This document shows, piece after piece, positions 55,161-56,425 of a stretch of DNA of 56,425 nucleotides (position 1 is its first letter; every line of letters starts with the position of its first letter). The notes under the pieces were generated by a model, which saw only the letters and a list, made by a program, of their open reading frames with translations, searched no databases and had not been told where the DNA came from. Where the stretch lies: contig JBIOVQ010000281.1 in assembly GCA_044867805.1 (NCBI GenBank), positions 1 to 56,425 of the forward strand, in the 5' to 3' direction. The translations under genes and the position numbers were made by a program. The stretch comes from Burkholderiales bacterium (lineage in GTDB: Bacteria > Pseudomonadota > Gammaproteobacteria > Burkholderiales > SG8-41).

Positions 55161-55721
55161 TCATGTGACGATGTGCTGGTGGCAGCGCGGCTGCAGCACC
55201 GGCATGTCGCTCAATTGAAGATAGACGGCGGTGCCCTCCGGATGACGCTCCCGGTAAATCGCGTGAAGCGTGGCGGCCCGATTCATCTGCGCCCGGGTCA
55301 GGCCTTCGAAAAAACGGCTGTAAACCAGCAGCCCGGGACGCATCAGGAGACCGCGCACGAAGCCTGCAACGCGCTGCTCGAAGGGATTCAGACTCCCGGG
55401 TCGCTTTGCGCACAGCTCCTCGGCCTGCGCCGCGTCCAGGCCGCAGGCGGCGAAGATCTCGTACACCTCGCGCTCGACCTGGCTTACCGGGGCGACGGAG
55501 TGGTAGACCACCGGCAGGGCGATGTTCTCGAATACGTTGACGTTGTTGACCATGCCGCCCATTCCGTGCACGACCTGCGAGCCCGGGACCGCCAGCAACT
55601 GCCCGAGCAAGGCGTCCACGGCTTCCTCGGTCGCGGCTTCGATCGAATAGTCGAGGCCGCGATCGAGCTCGATCCCGCAGCGAATGCCGGATTCCGGATT
55701 GCGGAGGGTGGTCTGCGGCAT
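55161..55721 (-). CDS. Truncated, catalytically degenerate ABC-ATPase-like protein (MlaF-related)
   Basis: 186 aa. It aligns by eye to the Q-loop-to-H-loop part of MlaF (NVFENIALP). The signature is LNPFEQ instead of LSGG, Walker B is LLVYSRF instead of hhhhDEP, and the H-loop His is absent. There is no room for a Walker A segment, since only 56 nt separate it from the upstream gene. Confidence 0.6.
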   Translation of the reverse strand: MPQTTLRNPESGIRCGIELDRGLDYSIEAATEEAVDALLGQLLAVPGSQVVHGMGGMVNNVNVFENIALPVVYHSVAPVSQVEREVYEIFAACGLDAAQAEELCAKRPGSLNPFEQRVAGFVRGLLMRPGLLVYSRFFEGLTRAQMNRAATLHAIYRERHPEGTAVYLQLSDMPVLQPRCHQHIVT

Positions 55722-55777
55722 GGCGATGCCGACGCGCGGTTCCGCGCTGCCGCGTACGCGCGGGCGGGCTCTTTTCT

Positions 55778-56389
55778 CTAACGAGCGACCGCGGCGGGCT
55801 TTTCCGGCGCCACGCCACGGGCATAGATGCGCTGGATCTTGCCGGTGGCGGCGTCGATCCGCAGCCGCTCGATGTTCTCGAGATCGGTGCCGGTCACGCG
55901 CAGGTAGCGCGTGTTGACCGGAGTCGCGGTCGAATGCAGCTCCCGGCCGTAGTAGACGCCGGCCTTGCCGGGAGTGAGGCGGTAGCTGCCCTTCGCCTTG
56001 AGCTTGGCGTAGTCCGGGTCGCTGCCGTCGTCAGTACGGTCCCACAACGTCATCTCGGTGTACTCGGCCACCTGGCCGTAGATGGCCCAGGAATCTCCAT
56101 GGTCGTGCGGCTGGCCTTTGCGCGCCTCGTTGTAGCGATAAGTCATGACCTCGAAGCCGCACTCCTTGTCGATGTAGATGCGGTGCAGTCCGAAGGGCTG
56201 CTTCTCGCCGAAAAACTCCCTGGTGAACTGCGGATCGACGAGCAGGCGCTCCATCTGGCCCTTGATGCGCTCGACGTGGGAGCGGGTGGACCCGGTCTTG
56301 AGAACTTCACGCGCGTCCCGGGAAAAATCCTGAAGTGAGTAGCCCACGGAAGCCTCCTTTGCCGCGATAAACGTCGTTGTTGGCGCCAA
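55778..56389 (-). CDS. Cupin-fold metalloprotein (cysteine-dioxygenase-like)
   Basis: 203 aa with a GQPHDHGDSWAIYGQV cupin H-x-H motif and a later H (ELHST). The family call is tentative. Confidence 0.5.
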   Translation of the reverse strand: MAPTTTFIAAKEASVGYSLQDFSRDAREVLKTGSTRSHVERIKGQMERLLVDPQFTREFFGEKQPFGLHRIYIDKECGFEVMTYRYNEARKGQPHDHGDSWAIYGQVAEYTEMTLWDRTDDGSDPDYAKLKAKGSYRLTPGKAGVYYGRELHSTATPVNTRYLRVTGTDLENIERLRIDAATGKIQRIYARGVAPEKPAAVAR

Positions 56390-56425
56390 CCGGCACCGCG
56401 CCGGAATTTCGAAGATTATAGCAGC

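Overview
This is a GC-rich proteobacterial chromosomal segment. Gene content and order suggest a betaproteobacterium (Bug/TctC-family binding protein; M50 protease-trpS-scpA-scpB; alaC-hom-thrC; surE-pcm-nlpD), but that is inference only. I recognise about 50 protein-coding genes, nearly all ordinary core or accessory functions: ClpB, TrpRS, ScpAB, RhlE, cytochrome bd oxidase, NadC, Hom/ThrC, SurE/Pcm/NlpD, MoxR-DUF58-TgpA, two large GGDEF-EAL signalling proteins, an AttE/F/G/H-like ABC exporter and an Mla-like cluster. I found no rRNA, tRNA, CRISPR array, transposase, integrase or prophage genes. The outstanding signal is non-genic. At least 18 intergenic loci carry 'stutter hairpins', meaning inverted repeats whose two arms are themselves imperfect tandem arrays of a 7-15 nt unit. 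The units fall into a few recurring classes: GTGATTC, GACGCAAAG, GTCAGCT, GGCGTCT, CAAGCTN and others. Some loci are composite or nested, with a less GC-rich interior (MITE-like). Some lie inside operons, and two cover translation starts. Other oddities: an in-frame TAG splits a YbbP/FtsX-type permease; an Mla-like operon has an ATPase gene that is truncated and lacks all catalytic motifs; a BNR/sialidase-like gene pairs with a MoaD/ThiS-like GG-terminated gene; and there are three short gene relics (Bug, EAL, GST N-terminus). All family calls rest on motif recognition by eye. No database search or folding computation was run.
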